From positions 111,775 through 175,774 of IMG/VR virus record IMGVR_UViG_2974736276_000001: DNA of 64,000 bases. One strand, 5' to 3'. Under the pieces are notes generated by a model. That model had not been told where the DNA came from. It saw only the letters and a program-made list of their open reading frames with translations, and did no database searches. Both the position numbers and the translations under genes were made by a program. Shown here in pieces: positions 36,254 through 45,651 of this stretch; position 1 is the stretch's first letter, and every line of letters starts with the position of its first letter. Origin of the DNA: a virus. Its lineage: Duplodnaviria > Caudoviricetes.

Positions 36254-38499
36254 TAAAGCTTACAGCTTTCACAATCAGAATCAGATTCTTCGACACCGTC
36301 GGCGCCATCTCTGGTGTTATGATAGTACATTGTTTTCATGCCAAAATACCATGCATACAATATATCGTCCATAATGACACTTATTGGTACTTTACCCTTT
36401 GGATGATTTTCTGGGTCATAATACGTATTTGCTGAAGCAGCTTGGTCTGTGAACTTCAGAGCTAAAAGAATGTTATTCAGATAGCCTTTGTTACCAGTCT
36501 TAGCTAATTGCCATGCATAATCGTACAGATCACCATTTTGTTCAATATCAGGAACTACCTGATTGAAAGTTCCTTCTTTCGACTCTTTTGCAGTAACTGC
36601 GAGACGAGGTGGTTCCATACCGTTAGTCGAATTTGAAACTTGAGAAGAACTTTCGCAAGGCATAAGGGCAGATAACGTGGAATTACGAATTCCGTACTGG
36701 ATGAGATCTGCTCGGAGAGCTTCCCAGTCGCAGGTGTATCTTGGTTCTGCGAGTTGATCAAGACGTTTGTTGTACCAGTCAATCGGGAGTTTGCCCTGAC
36801 CATACTTAGTGTCTTTATAATATTCGCACGGACCTTTTTCTTTGGCAAGTTTAACCGACGCTTTGATAAGTGCATATTGTAATTTCTCGAATGTTTCATG
36901 AGCAATGTCATTGGAGTCATTATAACTCGCGAATTGTGAAGCAAGGAAAGCTGCGTAATTAGTTACACCGACACCAAGAGCACGACGTTTCTTAGCTTTC
37001 AAAGCTTTAGCTACTGGATAATCTTGATAGTCCAGAAGGTTGTCCAGAGCCCTTACCTGCACTTCTGCGAGTTCTTCAATTAGATCCATATCTTGGATGT
37101 CAAAGTTCCCCAGAACCCATGCAGAGAGTGTACACAACGCAATCTCACCGTCTTCTTTACCAACATCTGAAGTAGGAAGAGCAATTTCCATGCACAGATT
37201 GCTTTGCTTAATAGGTGCTACACTACGATCAAATGAACCATAATCATTCATGTTGTCGATAAATGCTGGATAAATTCGTCCGGTGTTAGCACGTTCTGGA
37301 GCAAACAACTCTTCAAATACTGTACGAGCTTTAATACGCTTTTTATTCACCGACGGATCTTTTTCAGCTTTCTCATAGAGTTCGCGGAATAAATCAGGAT
37401 CGCGGAAATAAGCATCGTACAATGCACCAGCATAAATGTTAGGACTGAACAGTGTGATGTAATCGTCTTTTGAATAACGTTCAAGCATCAAGTTATTAAT
37501 CTGCAGACCATAATCAAGACCACGAATACGGTTCTCTTCTACACCTTTGTTATTCTTGAGAACAATAAGCTGTTCTAATTCAAGATGCCACAGAGGATAA
37601 TAAAGAGTAGCAGCACCACCACGAACACCACCTTGTGAACAACTTTTAACAGAAGCTAAAATAGTTTTAAAGAATGGAATTACACCAGTGTGACGAACTT
37701 CACCATGACCAATTTTTGAACCCATAGCGCGAATCATACCTGCATTAACGCCGATACCAGCACGCTTAGAGATATACTTAATGATTGAAGCATTTGTTTC
37801 ATTGATTGAATCTAATGAATCACCTGATTCAATAACAACACATGAACTAAATTGACGAGTTGGTGTACGAACACCTGCCATAATAGGTGTAGGCAAACTG
37901 ATTTGCTTATTTGACACTGCATTATAGAAACGTACTACATGCTTCAGACGATTATGAGGTTCATCTTGATGCAGACACATTCCGATCAGCATATACGCAA
38001 ATTGAGGAGTTTCTTTTACTTCTTTGGTTGAACGATCTTGAACCAGATATTTTTCTTTGAGCTGCATTGTTCCAGCAAAAGAGAAACTGAAATCACGATT
38101 GTGGTCAATCATCGATTCGAGGTAAGTAATTTCTTCTGCACTATATTTCTGCAAGATTTCTTTGTCATAGAAACCTGAATTAACATTCTTCGAAATATGA
38201 TCAATAAATGCAATTGGCTCAAACTGACCATATACTGTTTTACGAAGTGCAAATTGAGCCAGATTAGAAGCTACATATTGATAGTCTGGTTCATCTCGAG
38301 AAATCATACCTGCTGCTACTTTAATAGCTACAGTCTGAATCTCGTTAGTAGTCATACCATCACGAATGTGAGGCATAACAGCTTCATATAATTCGTAAGG
38401 ATCGATATTAGTATTTTCTGATGACCAAGTAAGAACTTGGATTAATTTTTCTGGTGTGAATTCTTGCGTAACGCCTGATGACTTGATTACATTGAGCAT
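36253..38499 (-). CDS. nrdA: class Ia ribonucleotide reductase alpha subunit
   Basis: ATP-cone; TPIMAG; SSCV; SNLCMEI; C-terminal CESCKL. Confidence 0.98.
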   Translation of the reverse strand: MLNVIKSSGVTQEFTPEKLIQVLTWSSENTNIDPYELYEAVMPHIRDGMTTNEIQTVAIKVAAGMISRDEPDYQYVASNLAQFALRKTVYGQFEPIAFIDHISKNVNSGFYDKEILQKYSAEEITYLESMIDHNRDFSFSFAGTMQLKEKYLVQDRSTKEVKETPQFAYMLIGMCLHQDEPHNRLKHVVRFYNAVSNKQISLPTPIMAGVRTPTRQFSSCVVIESGDSLDSINETNASIIKYISKRAGIGVNAGMIRAMGSKIGHGEVRHTGVIPFFKTILASVKSCSQGGVRGGAATLYYPLWHLELEQLIVLKNNKGVEENRIRGLDYGLQINNLMLERYSKDDYITLFSPNIYAGALYDAYFRDPDLFRELYEKAEKDPSVNKKRIKARTVFEELFAPERANTGRIYPAFIDNMNDYGSFDRSVAPIKQSNLCMEIALPTSDVGKEDGEIALCTLSAWVLGNFDIQDMDLIEELAEVQVRALDNLLDYQDYPVAKALKAKKRRALGVGVTNYAAFLASQFASYNDSNDIAHETFEKLQYALIKASVKLAKEKGPCEYYKDTKYGQGKLPIDWYNKRLDQLAEPRYTCDWEALRADLIQYGIRNSTLSALMPCESSSQVSNSTNGMEPPRLAVTAKESKEGTFNQVVPDIEQNGDLYDYAWQLAKTGNKGYLNNILLALKFTDQAASANTYYDPENHPKGKVPISVIMDDILYAWYFGMKTMYYHNTRDGADGVEESDSDCESCKL

Positions 38500-38807
38500 A
38501 TATCTTCTATTGTCCTAATATCTTTAAATAACCTGTTAACTACAGTTGCAATTATATCACCGTGACAGTCCTTTGGTTTACAAGTGCAACCTAACCTCAT
38601 GCCTCTTAAAGACTCGAGGTGTTCTCGTTTAATTTCTCCAGATTTGATTCTTTTAATAAAGTCTTCTTTAAAAGCTAAAATGGCAGCCTCACGGCTGCCG
38701 CAATCTTTTCCGACGTAGTTGCCCCACATGGTACCACGTTGAATGTTTACATCAAAGTCGGATTGATATTTATTCACCACTCGACAAGGTCTTGTCACTT
38801 CAAACAT
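38487..38807 (-). CDS. nrdA.1: NrdA.1 (DUF4326-like)
   Basis: VVNKY..DFDV.I.RGT.WGN; LGC.CKP..CHGD. Confidence 0.88.
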   Translation of the reverse strand: MFEVTRPCRVVNKYQSDFDVNIQRGTMWGNYVGKDCGSREAAILAFKEDFIKRIKSGEIKREHLESLRGMRLGCTCKPKDCHGDIIATVVNRLFKDIRTIEDICSM

Positions 38808-39213
38808 ATTCTACCCAAGAAGTCCAATTACAATCGTCTTTAAGTGTACGATGCCATATACGACCATCTATTTCATATGTCTGTCCTTTCCCATCTGGAC
38901 TAAATTTAAAGCCTTTAAGGAATTCAGTGTGAGCGGGTTCAGAATGTTTTTCAATTTCTAAACTCAGCTCATTTAAGAGTTTTCTGCCTTCTGCAGAAAT
39001 CTTTTCTTTGTCGAATAGAAGAATCTCATGACAATGAATGATATAATCTATTTCATCTGACATAAATTTATAAACTTTTTTACGCTGCTCAACATTACTC
39101 ACTACGTAATCTTTACCCTGAACTTTAAATCTATGATTTACTTCAGGCGGCGGTGTTCGTCCGCCAGAATAACGAATTACTCTATCAGTATTTGCATCAA
39201 TGTAAATATTCAT
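38800..39213 (-). CDS. hypothetical protein
   Basis: 137-aa ORF coupled to td. Confidence 0.6.
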   Translation of the reverse strand: MNIYIDANTDRVIRYSGGRTPPPEVNHRFKVQGKDYVVSNVEQRKKVYKFMSDEIDYIIHCHEILLFDKEKISAEGRKLLNELSLEIEKHSEPAHTEFLKGFKFSPDGKGQTYEIDGRIWHRTLKDDCNWTSWVEYV

Positions 39214-40067
39214 ACGGCCATTTTTCCTGTAAGCGCTGGATGAGACTCATAGTCTTTCAGTACAAAGTCTTTAGGACGCATTGATTCAATCCAGTCAAGT
39301 TGAAGTTGAGTTGGCCACAAATCAAAATCTTCCGGCCATTCAATTTCAAGACTGCATAACTCTTTTGGTTCACGACGAAGAATTTCTTTACACTGCTCAA
39401 TATGATTTGAATAGATGTGAGTATTACCACCAACAAAAATCAAATTACCAGGTTTCAGTCCAGTCATTTTAGCAACAACATGTACTAGAGCAGCATATGA
39501 AGCAATGTTGAAAGGTAGACCAAGGAATACATCTACACTTCGCTGATACCATTGTAAATCAAGAAAACCTTTGCGAACATTGAACTGATAGAACATATGA
39601 CACGGAGGAAGTGCCATCTTATCAAGTTCAGCAGGATTCCACGCGGAAACAATCTGACGACGATCAGTAGGCATTTGTTTAATTCGATCAATGATAATTT
39701 TCAATTGATCTACACCCATAAAGTCACGCCATTGCTTACCGTACACTGGGCCAAGTTCACCGCCAGTATATCCTAAATCGCGTGCTTGATTCTCATAGTT
39801 ATCGTCCCAAACAGTTTTGCCTTCGAGATAAGAGCCATGTTGAATGTTGCGCAATTCATGCACATTTGTTGAACCTGACATGAACCAAATCAATTCAGCG
39901 ATGCATGCTTTCCATACGAGCTTCTTGGTTGTTACAGCAGGAAAACCTTCCTGCAAATCAAATTTCAAACGAGTACCGAAAATAGCAGTTGTGCCAGTTC
40001 CAGTACGATCGTCAGTTTCATAACCAGTAGAAAGAATAGCCTGGATCAGATGCTGGTATTGTTTCAT
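39210..40067 (-). CDS. td: thymidylate synthase (no intron)
   Basis: DRTGTGT; MALPPCH; YQRSVDVFLGLPFNIASY; HIY.NH. Confidence 0.98.
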   Translation of the reverse strand: MKQYQHLIQAILSTGYETDDRTGTGTTAIFGTRLKFDLQEGFPAVTTKKLVWKACIAELIWFMSGSTNVHELRNIQHGSYLEGKTVWDDNYENQARDLGYTGGELGPVYGKQWRDFMGVDQLKIIIDRIKQMPTDRRQIVSAWNPAELDKMALPPCHMFYQFNVRKGFLDLQWYQRSVDVFLGLPFNIASYAALVHVVAKMTGLKPGNLIFVGGNTHIYSNHIEQCKEILRREPKELCSLEIEWPEDFDLWPTQLQLDWIESMRPKDFVLKDYESHPALTGKMAV

Positions 40068-40378
40068 TAGAATTGTTCCGTCAATGGTTCGAATAAAACT
40101 ACTTGTCCAACTTTAACAAATCGACCAAGCAAGCGAATACTCTTTCCGTCGAGTGCTAAATTTCCGATGAACATAGCTTTGAACAGTGCTTCAATACCAT
40201 AACGAAGTTGAACATCGCCGTTTGCGCCCGCTACATTATTAATGTAAATAATGTCTGATCGACTGAACTCGTAAATTTCATTCACAGAGAAAACTAAAGA
40301 ATATACACCATGAACTCGATTATAGTTCTTCCATTTCTTTTGAACATCATCCGCTTTGAGCAAAGTTAAATTAGACAA
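40067..40378 (-). CDS. hypothetical protein
   Basis: Coupled ORF between frd and td; C-terminal G.FVK.G. Confidence 0.6.
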   Translation of the reverse strand: MSNLTLLKADDVQKKWKNYNRVHGVYSLVFSVNEIYEFSRSDIIYINNVAGANGDVQLRYGIEALFKAMFIGNLALDGKSIRLLGRFVKVGQVVLFEPLTEQF

Positions 40379-40805
40379 TTTCTAATGCCTCATTATGAAG
40401 AGTATCGAGAGCAATCACTGAACCATTCTTAACGAATACACCAGTAAATTCCCATGTTTTTGAGTCAGGATAAAATGCGATAGTTCCATTGCTGACAGAA
40501 GAATGCCAGATAGAATTGCTTGTAGCAATTTTCATTGACATATCTTTAATGCCTGGCGCCGGGCCATTTTTACCAGATTTAACCCAGCCCCACCAATCAG
40601 AAGAATTGATCAAATAAAAGTCATCACCCCATGCACGACAAGCTTCCTTTGAAGCTGTAATACGATAGACGCCATTCTGAATGACATCGCCTTGATAACG
40701 AGATTTATCTTTCTTGTATTCTTCAATTGTCGGAGGACGACTCAAGAATGGAGTCAATGCCCAGTTCGGTTGAGGTAAAGTTTTAATTAGCTCAAGGTTT
40801 AACAT
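40371..40805 (-). CDS. hypothetical protein
   Basis: ORF between frd and td; C-terminal G.FVK.G. Confidence 0.6.
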   Translation of the reverse strand: MLNLELIKTLPQPNWALTPFLSRPPTIEEYKKDKSRYQGDVIQNGVYRITASKEACRAWGDDFYLINSSDWWGWVKSGKNGPAPGIKDMSMKIATSNSIWHSSVSNGTIAFYPDSKTWEFTGVFVKNGSVIALDTLHNEALEIV

Positions 40806-41334
40806 AAACAGTTTCCATAATGTTAGTTAATTCATCAATTTTGTAGAAGTGAGTTTCAGTCATTTCATGATGACGTTGAATATTATGAATGAACTCTACA
40901 GGAAATTTCACAGTAGAAGAAACATAATGTTTCTTCTGAATAGAAGTAATTATAATCTGATCGGCGATAGGAGCAAACTGTTGAATTAAACCAGCACCGC
41001 CAATAATAGAAATCTTTTCATGAGAATTGCGCTGTAAGAATGATTCAACACGTTCTGGCATAACATAATGATCGGCTGGTTCACCATTCTTGGCATGAAC
41101 GATTGGACGCTTGGAATCAGACAAGACAACATGATGACGGCCTTGGAGCTTCTTCGGAAGGCTCTGGAACGTCTTTGCACCCATCAATAGAATAGTACTT
41201 TCAGTACGAGCCTTGAAGTTCTTGAAGTCCTGAGTGATATGTTTCCATGGCAGACCATCATTAAGACCAAACGCCATTTCTAATTCACCCTTTACATTAC
41301 GGGTTTCACAATAAGCAAAAACTAATTGAATCAC
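40792..41334 (-). CDS. frd: dihydrofolate reductase
   Basis: GLPW.H...D...FK..T; MGAKTF.SLP..L.GR; IIGGA; probable GTG start overlapping the upstream TGA. Confidence 0.94.
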   Translation of the reverse strand: MIQLVFAYCETRNVKGELEMAFGLNDGLPWKHITQDFKNFKARTESTILLMGAKTFQSLPKKLQGRHHVVLSDSKRPIVHAKNGEPADHYVMPERVESFLQRNSHEKISIIGGAGLIQQFAPIADQIIITSIQKKHYVSSTVKFPVEFIHNIQRHHEMTETHFYKIDELTNIMETVYVKP

Positions 41335-41579
41335 AGTTTGACACCCCAAATATTTTGTAGCACTTCATGAACGTATTTTGCAATCACGTACTTAATTTCA
41401 TCACCATCGAGGGTAAATAAAGTTGCGCATATAATACCTTGACCATCACTAAAATGAGTGCCTGAATAGTCTATCGCTTCGCGAAGTTTCACTGCTACGT
41501 CAGTTAAATTTTCATCTGTCATGGAACTCCATAGAGCATAACCATCATCAGTTTTATATTCAATAGTAACAATTTGCAT
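41331..41579 (-). CDS. hypothetical protein
   Basis: GGAG SD; frd upstream cluster. Confidence 0.6.
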   Translation of the reverse strand: MQIVTIEYKTDDGYALWSSMTDENLTDVAVKLREAIDYSGTHFSDGQGIICATLFTLDGDEIKYVIAKYVHEVLQNIWGVKL

Positions 41580-41597
41580 AGAATCTCCTTGACCCTA

Positions 41598-41942
41598 TTA
41601 TAACACTTCGCTGTTTGAAGCATGTTTTAACACATGTTGAGCTTCTTCATCACGAATACGTTTCGCTAAAGACAGCCAATTATCAGGAGTATCAACAAGA
41701 TAGCCTGAGGCATTTTTGCTACAAAAATCAATTTTCTTTCCGGGAATATCAGAGTGAGTCAAACGACTAATTCCGATAGAAATACCATTATCATTAAAGA
41801 ACTCAATCTCAATATACTCGCCGAATGATTCATCAGCGCGAACAAGACGATTGATTGATTTAATTAGCGTCTTAATGTCTGACGCTGCAGTGAGTGTAGT
41901 TTCACCTTCATAATCCACACATTTACTAAACACGTAAATCAT
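41598..41942 (-). CDS. hypothetical protein
   Basis: 114-aa ORF with GAGG SD. Confidence 0.6.
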   Translation of the reverse strand: MIYVFSKCVDYEGETTLTAASDIKTLIKSINRLVRADESFGEYIEIEFFNDNGISIGISRLTHSDIPGKKIDFCSKNASGYLVDTPDNWLSLAKRIRDEEAQHVLKHASNSEVL

Positions 41943-42103
41943 AATACTTTCACCTCAGTACCAAGTTCAACTACAAGCGCTTGAAGCTTAGCAATCAACT
42001 CTTTAGCTTGCTCACGATTACCAATGAAAATTTCATCGGCGTAATAGCCAAGATGACACATAATATCACCGGCTTCATCAACAAACAAATCATCAGGATT
42101 CAT
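41939..42103 (-). CDS. hypothetical protein (54 aa)
   Basis: Manual translation MNPDDLFVDEAGDIMCHLGYY..., ATGA-coupled at both ends. Confidence 0.5.
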   Translation of the reverse strand: MNPDDLFVDEAGDIMCHLGYYADEIFIGNREQAKELIAKLQALVVELGTEVKVL

Positions 42104-42354
42104 AGACCTTCAACCTCAATAGCGATTTTGCATTTAAGAACTACACAACCTTTGAGTTGTTTATCTGCAGGACGAACTACACGGCCAGTAGGAAGAGACC
42201 AACCATGAATCCACTTTTCAGCATCATCTTTATTAGGAGATGAAAATGCTTCTAAAACATCATCAGTGAATGTCCAACCGTGATTATCAGAGTAATCATA
42301 CATTGCGAACAGTGCTTTTTCAGGACTGTAGATTACAAAACCTTCTTCATACAT
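42100..42354 (-). CDS. hypothetical protein
   Basis: Coupled ORF. Confidence 0.55.
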   Translation of the reverse strand: MYEEGFVIYSPEKALFAMYDYSDNHGWTFTDDVLEAFSSPNKDDAEKWIHGWSLPTGRVVRPADKQLKGCVVLKCKIAIEVEGL

Positions 42355-42587
42355 TATTTCACCTCGATGTGAGTGACATCACTGGGAAAATAGAAATGAT
42401 CTGAACGATCTTCACCAACATAGAAACGATAGTTGTTACCCCAACCTTGTTCCCACCCAATGTTGCCAGTATGAACAGAACCAAATTTAGTTTTGAATAC
42501 GAATGAGTCGTCATAAGAATCATTCGTATACAGTGATTCTGCGCCTGCTTCGTCGCCTGAGAATTCTTTCAGTTTAATCTCAATCAT
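42354..42587 (-). CDS. hypothetical protein
   Basis: Coupled ORF. Confidence 0.55.
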   Translation of the reverse strand: MIEIKLKEFSGDEAGAESLYTNDSYDDSFVFKTKFGSVHTGNIGWEQGWGNNYRFYVGEDRSDHFYFPSDVTHIEVK

Positions 42588-42859
42588 TTCTTAGCCTTAA
42601 CCTTTTTCCAGGCAGCTTTAAATTCTTCCACATCTTCAATGCGAATCCAGAATCCTGAACCGAAACCATCTTCGAAGCAAGGACAACCATCACAGAACTT
42701 ATTCCATGTAACAATTTCACCACCTAAAGTGAAAGAACATTCCATTGCACGAAGGTTGTTCTCAGCAGTTTCGATAGCTTCTGCATTTTTACCTTCGATG
42801 GTGAAGTACCAAGTTCCACGTCTTTCAGAATCATTTAGTGGATTGCGTTGAAGTTTCAT
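42584..42859 (-). CDS. conserved T4-like early hypothetical protein
   Basis: MKLQR...GTWYF...CDGCPCFEDG.GSGFWI..EDV..FK.AWK; own early promoter. Confidence 0.7.
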   Translation of the reverse strand: MKLQRNPLNDSERRGTWYFTIEGKNAEAIETAENNLRAMECSFTLGGEIVTWNKFCDGCPCFEDGFGSGFWIRIEDVEEFKAAWKKVKAKK

Positions 42860-42887
42860 TTTATTCTCCATTTTGTTGATAGGGGCT

Positions 42888-42917
42888 ATAGTATCAAACC
42901 ATAGCCCAACTGTACAA
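42888..42917 (-). promoter_or_regulatory. early promoter
   Basis: TTGTAC-18-TACTAT. Confidence 0.65.
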
Positions 42918-42919
42918 CA

Positions 42920-43138
42920 TTATTTTACTGAATTCAGAATTTCTTGTTGATCTTCAGCATCAAGACCTGGAAGATATTCAGTGTTCAAATAACGAACAAT
43001 CTCAGCTTTATCACCTTCGATGGTTACATCATAACCACATTCAAAATCATTAGAGGTGTTAACGATTTTCAGATCATATGCTTTCAGATCTTCTTCAAAA
43101 TCAACAATCCAAGCAACGAATAAAGTAACTTTAGCCAT
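42920..43138 (-). CDS. frd.3: Frd.3-like acidic protein
   Basis: MAKV....IVDFE...IEG....RY...EY..G.D.ED; downstream of gene 32. Confidence 0.75.
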   Translation of the reverse strand: MAKVTLFVAWIVDFEEDLKAYDLKIVNTSNDFECGYDVTIEGDKAEIVRYLNTEYLPGLDAEDQQEILNSVK

Positions 43139-43183
43139 TTTCTATTTCTCCGGTGAGTTAGTCCGTTTGGACTTGATGGAGCT

Positions 43184-43213
43184 ATAGTACTACAGTCTTG
43201 AGAGGAAGTAAAC
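43184..43213 (-). promoter_or_regulatory. early promoter
   Basis: GTTTAC-18-TACTAT. Confidence 0.8.
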
Positions 43214-43223
43214 AGGTAAAACG

Positions 43224-43252
43224 AAAAAAGGCTACTCCGAAGAGTAGCCTTT
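43224..43252 (-). terminator. gene 32 terminator
   Basis: AGGCTACTC-TTCG-GAGTAGCCT followed by a T run. Confidence 0.88.
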
Positions 43253-43255
43253 ATA

Positions 43256-44170
43256 TTAGAAGTCGTTCAGCAGACTATCGAGGTCATCATCACCAGTACT
43301 GGTGCTTGATTTTTCTAAGTCAGTTGAAGAGGTTGAACTAGTTGAACCAAAATCAGAGAGGTCTTTATCGAACTGGTCAAGTTCGTTAGTCAGAGCATCA
43401 GCTTGTGCACCTGCTGCCGCTGCACCACCGCCAAGAGCTGCAGTACCCATGATTTGTTTGAACTTAGCTTCGTTAGTTTCGAATGATTTGAACTGATCTT
43501 TACCTACGATTTTGTTTAAGTCAGTCATATTTTCTTCTAGGAATTTCTGAGTCTTTTCGTCGTTGATGTTAGCAATTTCAGATTGACCGAAGAATTTAGA
43601 TTCGTCGTAATTCTGGAAACCACCGACTTTCTTAACTTTAAGAGAGAAGTCTGCGCCTTCGAATGGACAAGTAACATCAACTGGAACTTCACCCATACCG
43701 GTATCAACTTCTACCATCGCATTGATCTTGTCCATAACTTTCTGACCAAAACGATATTTAAATACTTTACCTTCATTTGCTGGGTTAGCAGGATCTTTAA
43801 TAACCAAGATATTTGCCCAGAAAGAAGTTTTACGTTTCAGAAGCTTATATTCTGCTTCGTTGGTGTTGTATGAATCATTTTTGCTCAGATGTTGACATAC
43901 TGGGCAAGAATCATAATCACCATGGCTTGAAGTACAGTTTTCGATGTACCATTTACCATTTTTCTTGAAACCGTGATTAATCAGTTTAACAAACGGTAGA
44001 CCTTCTTCACCTTTACCAGGCAGGAAGCGAATACGTGCTTGACCATTACCCGCAGAATCAACAGTTAGTTTCCATTCGTTCTTATCGTCAGAACTAAAAC
44101 CTTGGCCACCTTTCAGAGATGCCAGTTGAGCTTGCAGAGCAGATGGGTCTTTACGTTTGAACATTGACAT
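43256..44170 (-). CDS. 32: gp32 single-stranded DNA-binding protein
   Basis: MFKRK; [24 protein letters not shown]; acidic tail DDLD.LLNDF. Confidence 0.98.
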   Translation of the reverse strand: MSMFKRKDPSALQAQLASLKGGQGFSSDDKNEWKLTVDSAGNGQARIRFLPGKGEEGLPFVKLINHGFKKNGKWYIENCTSSHGDYDSCPVCQHLSKNDSYNTNEAEYKLLKRKTSFWANILVIKDPANPANEGKVFKYRFGQKVMDKINAMVEVDTGMGEVPVDVTCPFEGADFSLKVKKVGGFQNYDESKFFGQSEIANINDEKTQKFLEENMTDLNKIVGKDQFKSFETNEAKFKQIMGTAALGGGAAAAGAQADALTNELDQFDKDLSDFGSTSSTSSTDLEKSSTSTGDDDLDSLLNDF

Positions 44171-44210
44171 ATTTTATTTACCTTGAATTAGACAGTTTTT
44201 AACAGTTGGT

Positions 44211-44236
44211 GATGCAACATTACCTTGCATCTGGTA
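44211..44236 (-). promoter_or_regulatory. gene 32 translational autoregulation pseudoknot
   Basis: mRNA UACC-A-GAUGCAA-GGUA-AUG-UUGCAUC forms an H-type pseudoknot (S1 4 bp, 1-nt L1, S2 7 bp) ~40 nt before the ATG, followed by an A/U-rich tract. Confidence 0.8.
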
Positions 44237-44240
44237 TACT

Positions 44241-44248
44241 TATTTATA
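44241..44248 (-). promoter_or_regulatory. late promoter for gene 32
   Basis: TATAAATA overlapping the gene 59 stop. Confidence 0.75.
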
Positions 44249-44900
44249 ACGACTTGCAAGCCTTGACAGTATCAATGAATAACTGCTTTGCTGCAGATGA
44301 ATCAACATCCAAAATCTTACGATAAGCTGATAATTTAGTCGAATAATTCGACCAAACTAAATTGTTAGTAGCTTTGTCGTGTTTATCAATTATATTCAAG
44401 AAACTGTCTAGCAATATAAAAGTTTCAAAGGAAATTATATTACTTTGAAGAAGTTTAAAAATATAACTTGAATCACCTTTAGAATTATATTCAAATATTT
44501 CTGAAAGCGTTTTGGTTTCAATTCTTTTTGAGAAATAGTAGATGTTTTTAATGTCATCCTCAAACTGCGTACGAATTCGTTTCAAACGACCGATGTACTC
44601 TCGGTAGAATACCAATGCGTCCGCATCACTAATGTCACCAATCCATGCGTCTTGGTTAGCAACTAAGTTACTCATAAAGATTAACGTTAGTTCTTTGAGC
44701 ATGTACTTCTCTGATAATTTCTCAAAGAAGTATTTGTCTCTACGTTTCTGATAAGCTGCATCAGAAACCCGCATGGTCCAATGATATTTGATTACGTCGT
44801 ATTTACCGTTGAAGTGATTCTTCATCATCAAGTACAACATGTACACTGATTTACCGTTAACGTATCGAGCATTATTGGGTGGCATGCGGAGTTTAATCAT
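44244..44900 (-). CDS. 59: gp59 helicase loader
   Basis: MIKLRMP....YV.GKSVY.LYLM.K.HFNGKYDV. Confidence 0.97.
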   Translation of the reverse strand: MIKLRMPPNNARYVNGKSVYMLYLMMKNHFNGKYDVIKYHWTMRVSDAAYQKRRDKYFFEKLSEKYMLKELTLIFMSNLVANQDAWIGDISDADALVFYREYIGRLKRIRTQFEDDIKNIYYFSKRIETKTLSEIFEYNSKGDSSYIFKLLQSNIISFETFILLDSFLNIIDKHDKATNNLVWSNYSTKLSAYRKILDVDSSAAKQLFIDTVKACKSL

Positions 44901-45205
44901 AACAAGAAGTCCAGACTATTAGTTTTATAATTTTTAGCCAGAGACGGTCGAAGCAAATTATCATTCACTGCTTCATCTTTTATCTTATCGATAATGATTG
45001 AAGGAATGAATCGAGAGTGATTACCCTCTGGAACACTATGCTCTTCCATCCATCTGGAAGTAGCCTCAAGGAATGTTAGCCCATGTTCAACCACGAGCTG
45101 TTCAATCTCGAAACCATTTTTCTGTTTATCTAACAGAGCGTTAACATCAAGAGCTTTTGAAGGCTCTTGATTTTCATTAAGGTTTTGCTGGGAAAATAGA
45201 GTCAT
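44897..45205 (-). CDS. 33: gp33 late transcription co-activator
   Basis: KQ.NGF.IE..V....FLEAT..W.EE.S.PE....LLRPS. Confidence 0.93.
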   Translation of the reverse strand: MTLFSQQNLNENQEPSKALDVNALLDKQKNGFEIEQLVVEHGLTFLEATSRWMEEHSVPEGNHSRFIPSIIIDKIKDEAVNDNLLRPSLAKNYKTNSLDFLL

Positions 45206-45455
45206 ACAGCTCCACGACTTCGTCTTTTTCAGATTCGAATACTTCACGAGTATCTTTATGGTAAATCTTCAACAGCTGGTTGAACATCTTACCGTCTACG
45301 CCAAGATCAATCTTAGCTGCATCACGAGCATCTTTCATCTTGACACGAAAACTTTCTGCCTGTAGCAAATGGTCTGAAGCTTCTTTAATGAGTTTCTTCA
45401 GATCTTCGCCGTGTACTGATTCATCAAATTCTACTGCAACTTTCTCTTTAGCCAT
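45177..45455 (-). CDS. dsbA: DsbA double-stranded DNA-binding protein
   Basis: VEFDE..HGEDL..LIKEASD...LGVDGKMFN.LL..YHKD.R. Confidence 0.93.
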   Translation of the reverse strand: MAKEKVAVEFDESVHGEDLKKLIKEASDHLLQAESFRVKMKDARDAAKIDLGVDGKMFNQLLKIYHKDTREVFESEKDEVVELYDSIFPAKP

Positions 45456-45456
45456 T

Positions 45457-45651
45457 TCAATCAACCTTTTCAATAGTTCCGATTTTGTTTGAAGGTCCCC
45501 ATTTGGAGATCTCAAACAATTCATTATCAATAATTACATGAGTAAACTTTCTATCATGAATCAGAGTCTTCCAAGCGAAATAGTCGTTTGGAGAATCTTC
45601 TACTTCATTCAGAAGTCTATTATATTCTTCTGTTATGTCAGCAATCTTCAT
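45457..45651 (-). CDS. hypothetical protein inserted between rnh and dsbA
   Basis: 64-aa ORF, TAATG-coupled to rnh. Confidence 0.6.
   Translation of the reverse strand: MKIADITEEYNRLLNEVEDSPNDYFAWKTLIHDRKFTHVIIDNELFEISKWGPSNKIGTIEKVD

Noticed and set aside
34377-38499. Intron or intein in nrdB or nrdA
   Set aside because: Both ORFs are continuous and of normal length; the HNH gene lies between them, not inside
39210-40067. Group I intron in td (as in T4)
   Set aside because: The ORF is continuous at 285 aa across the VFLGLPFN insertion region
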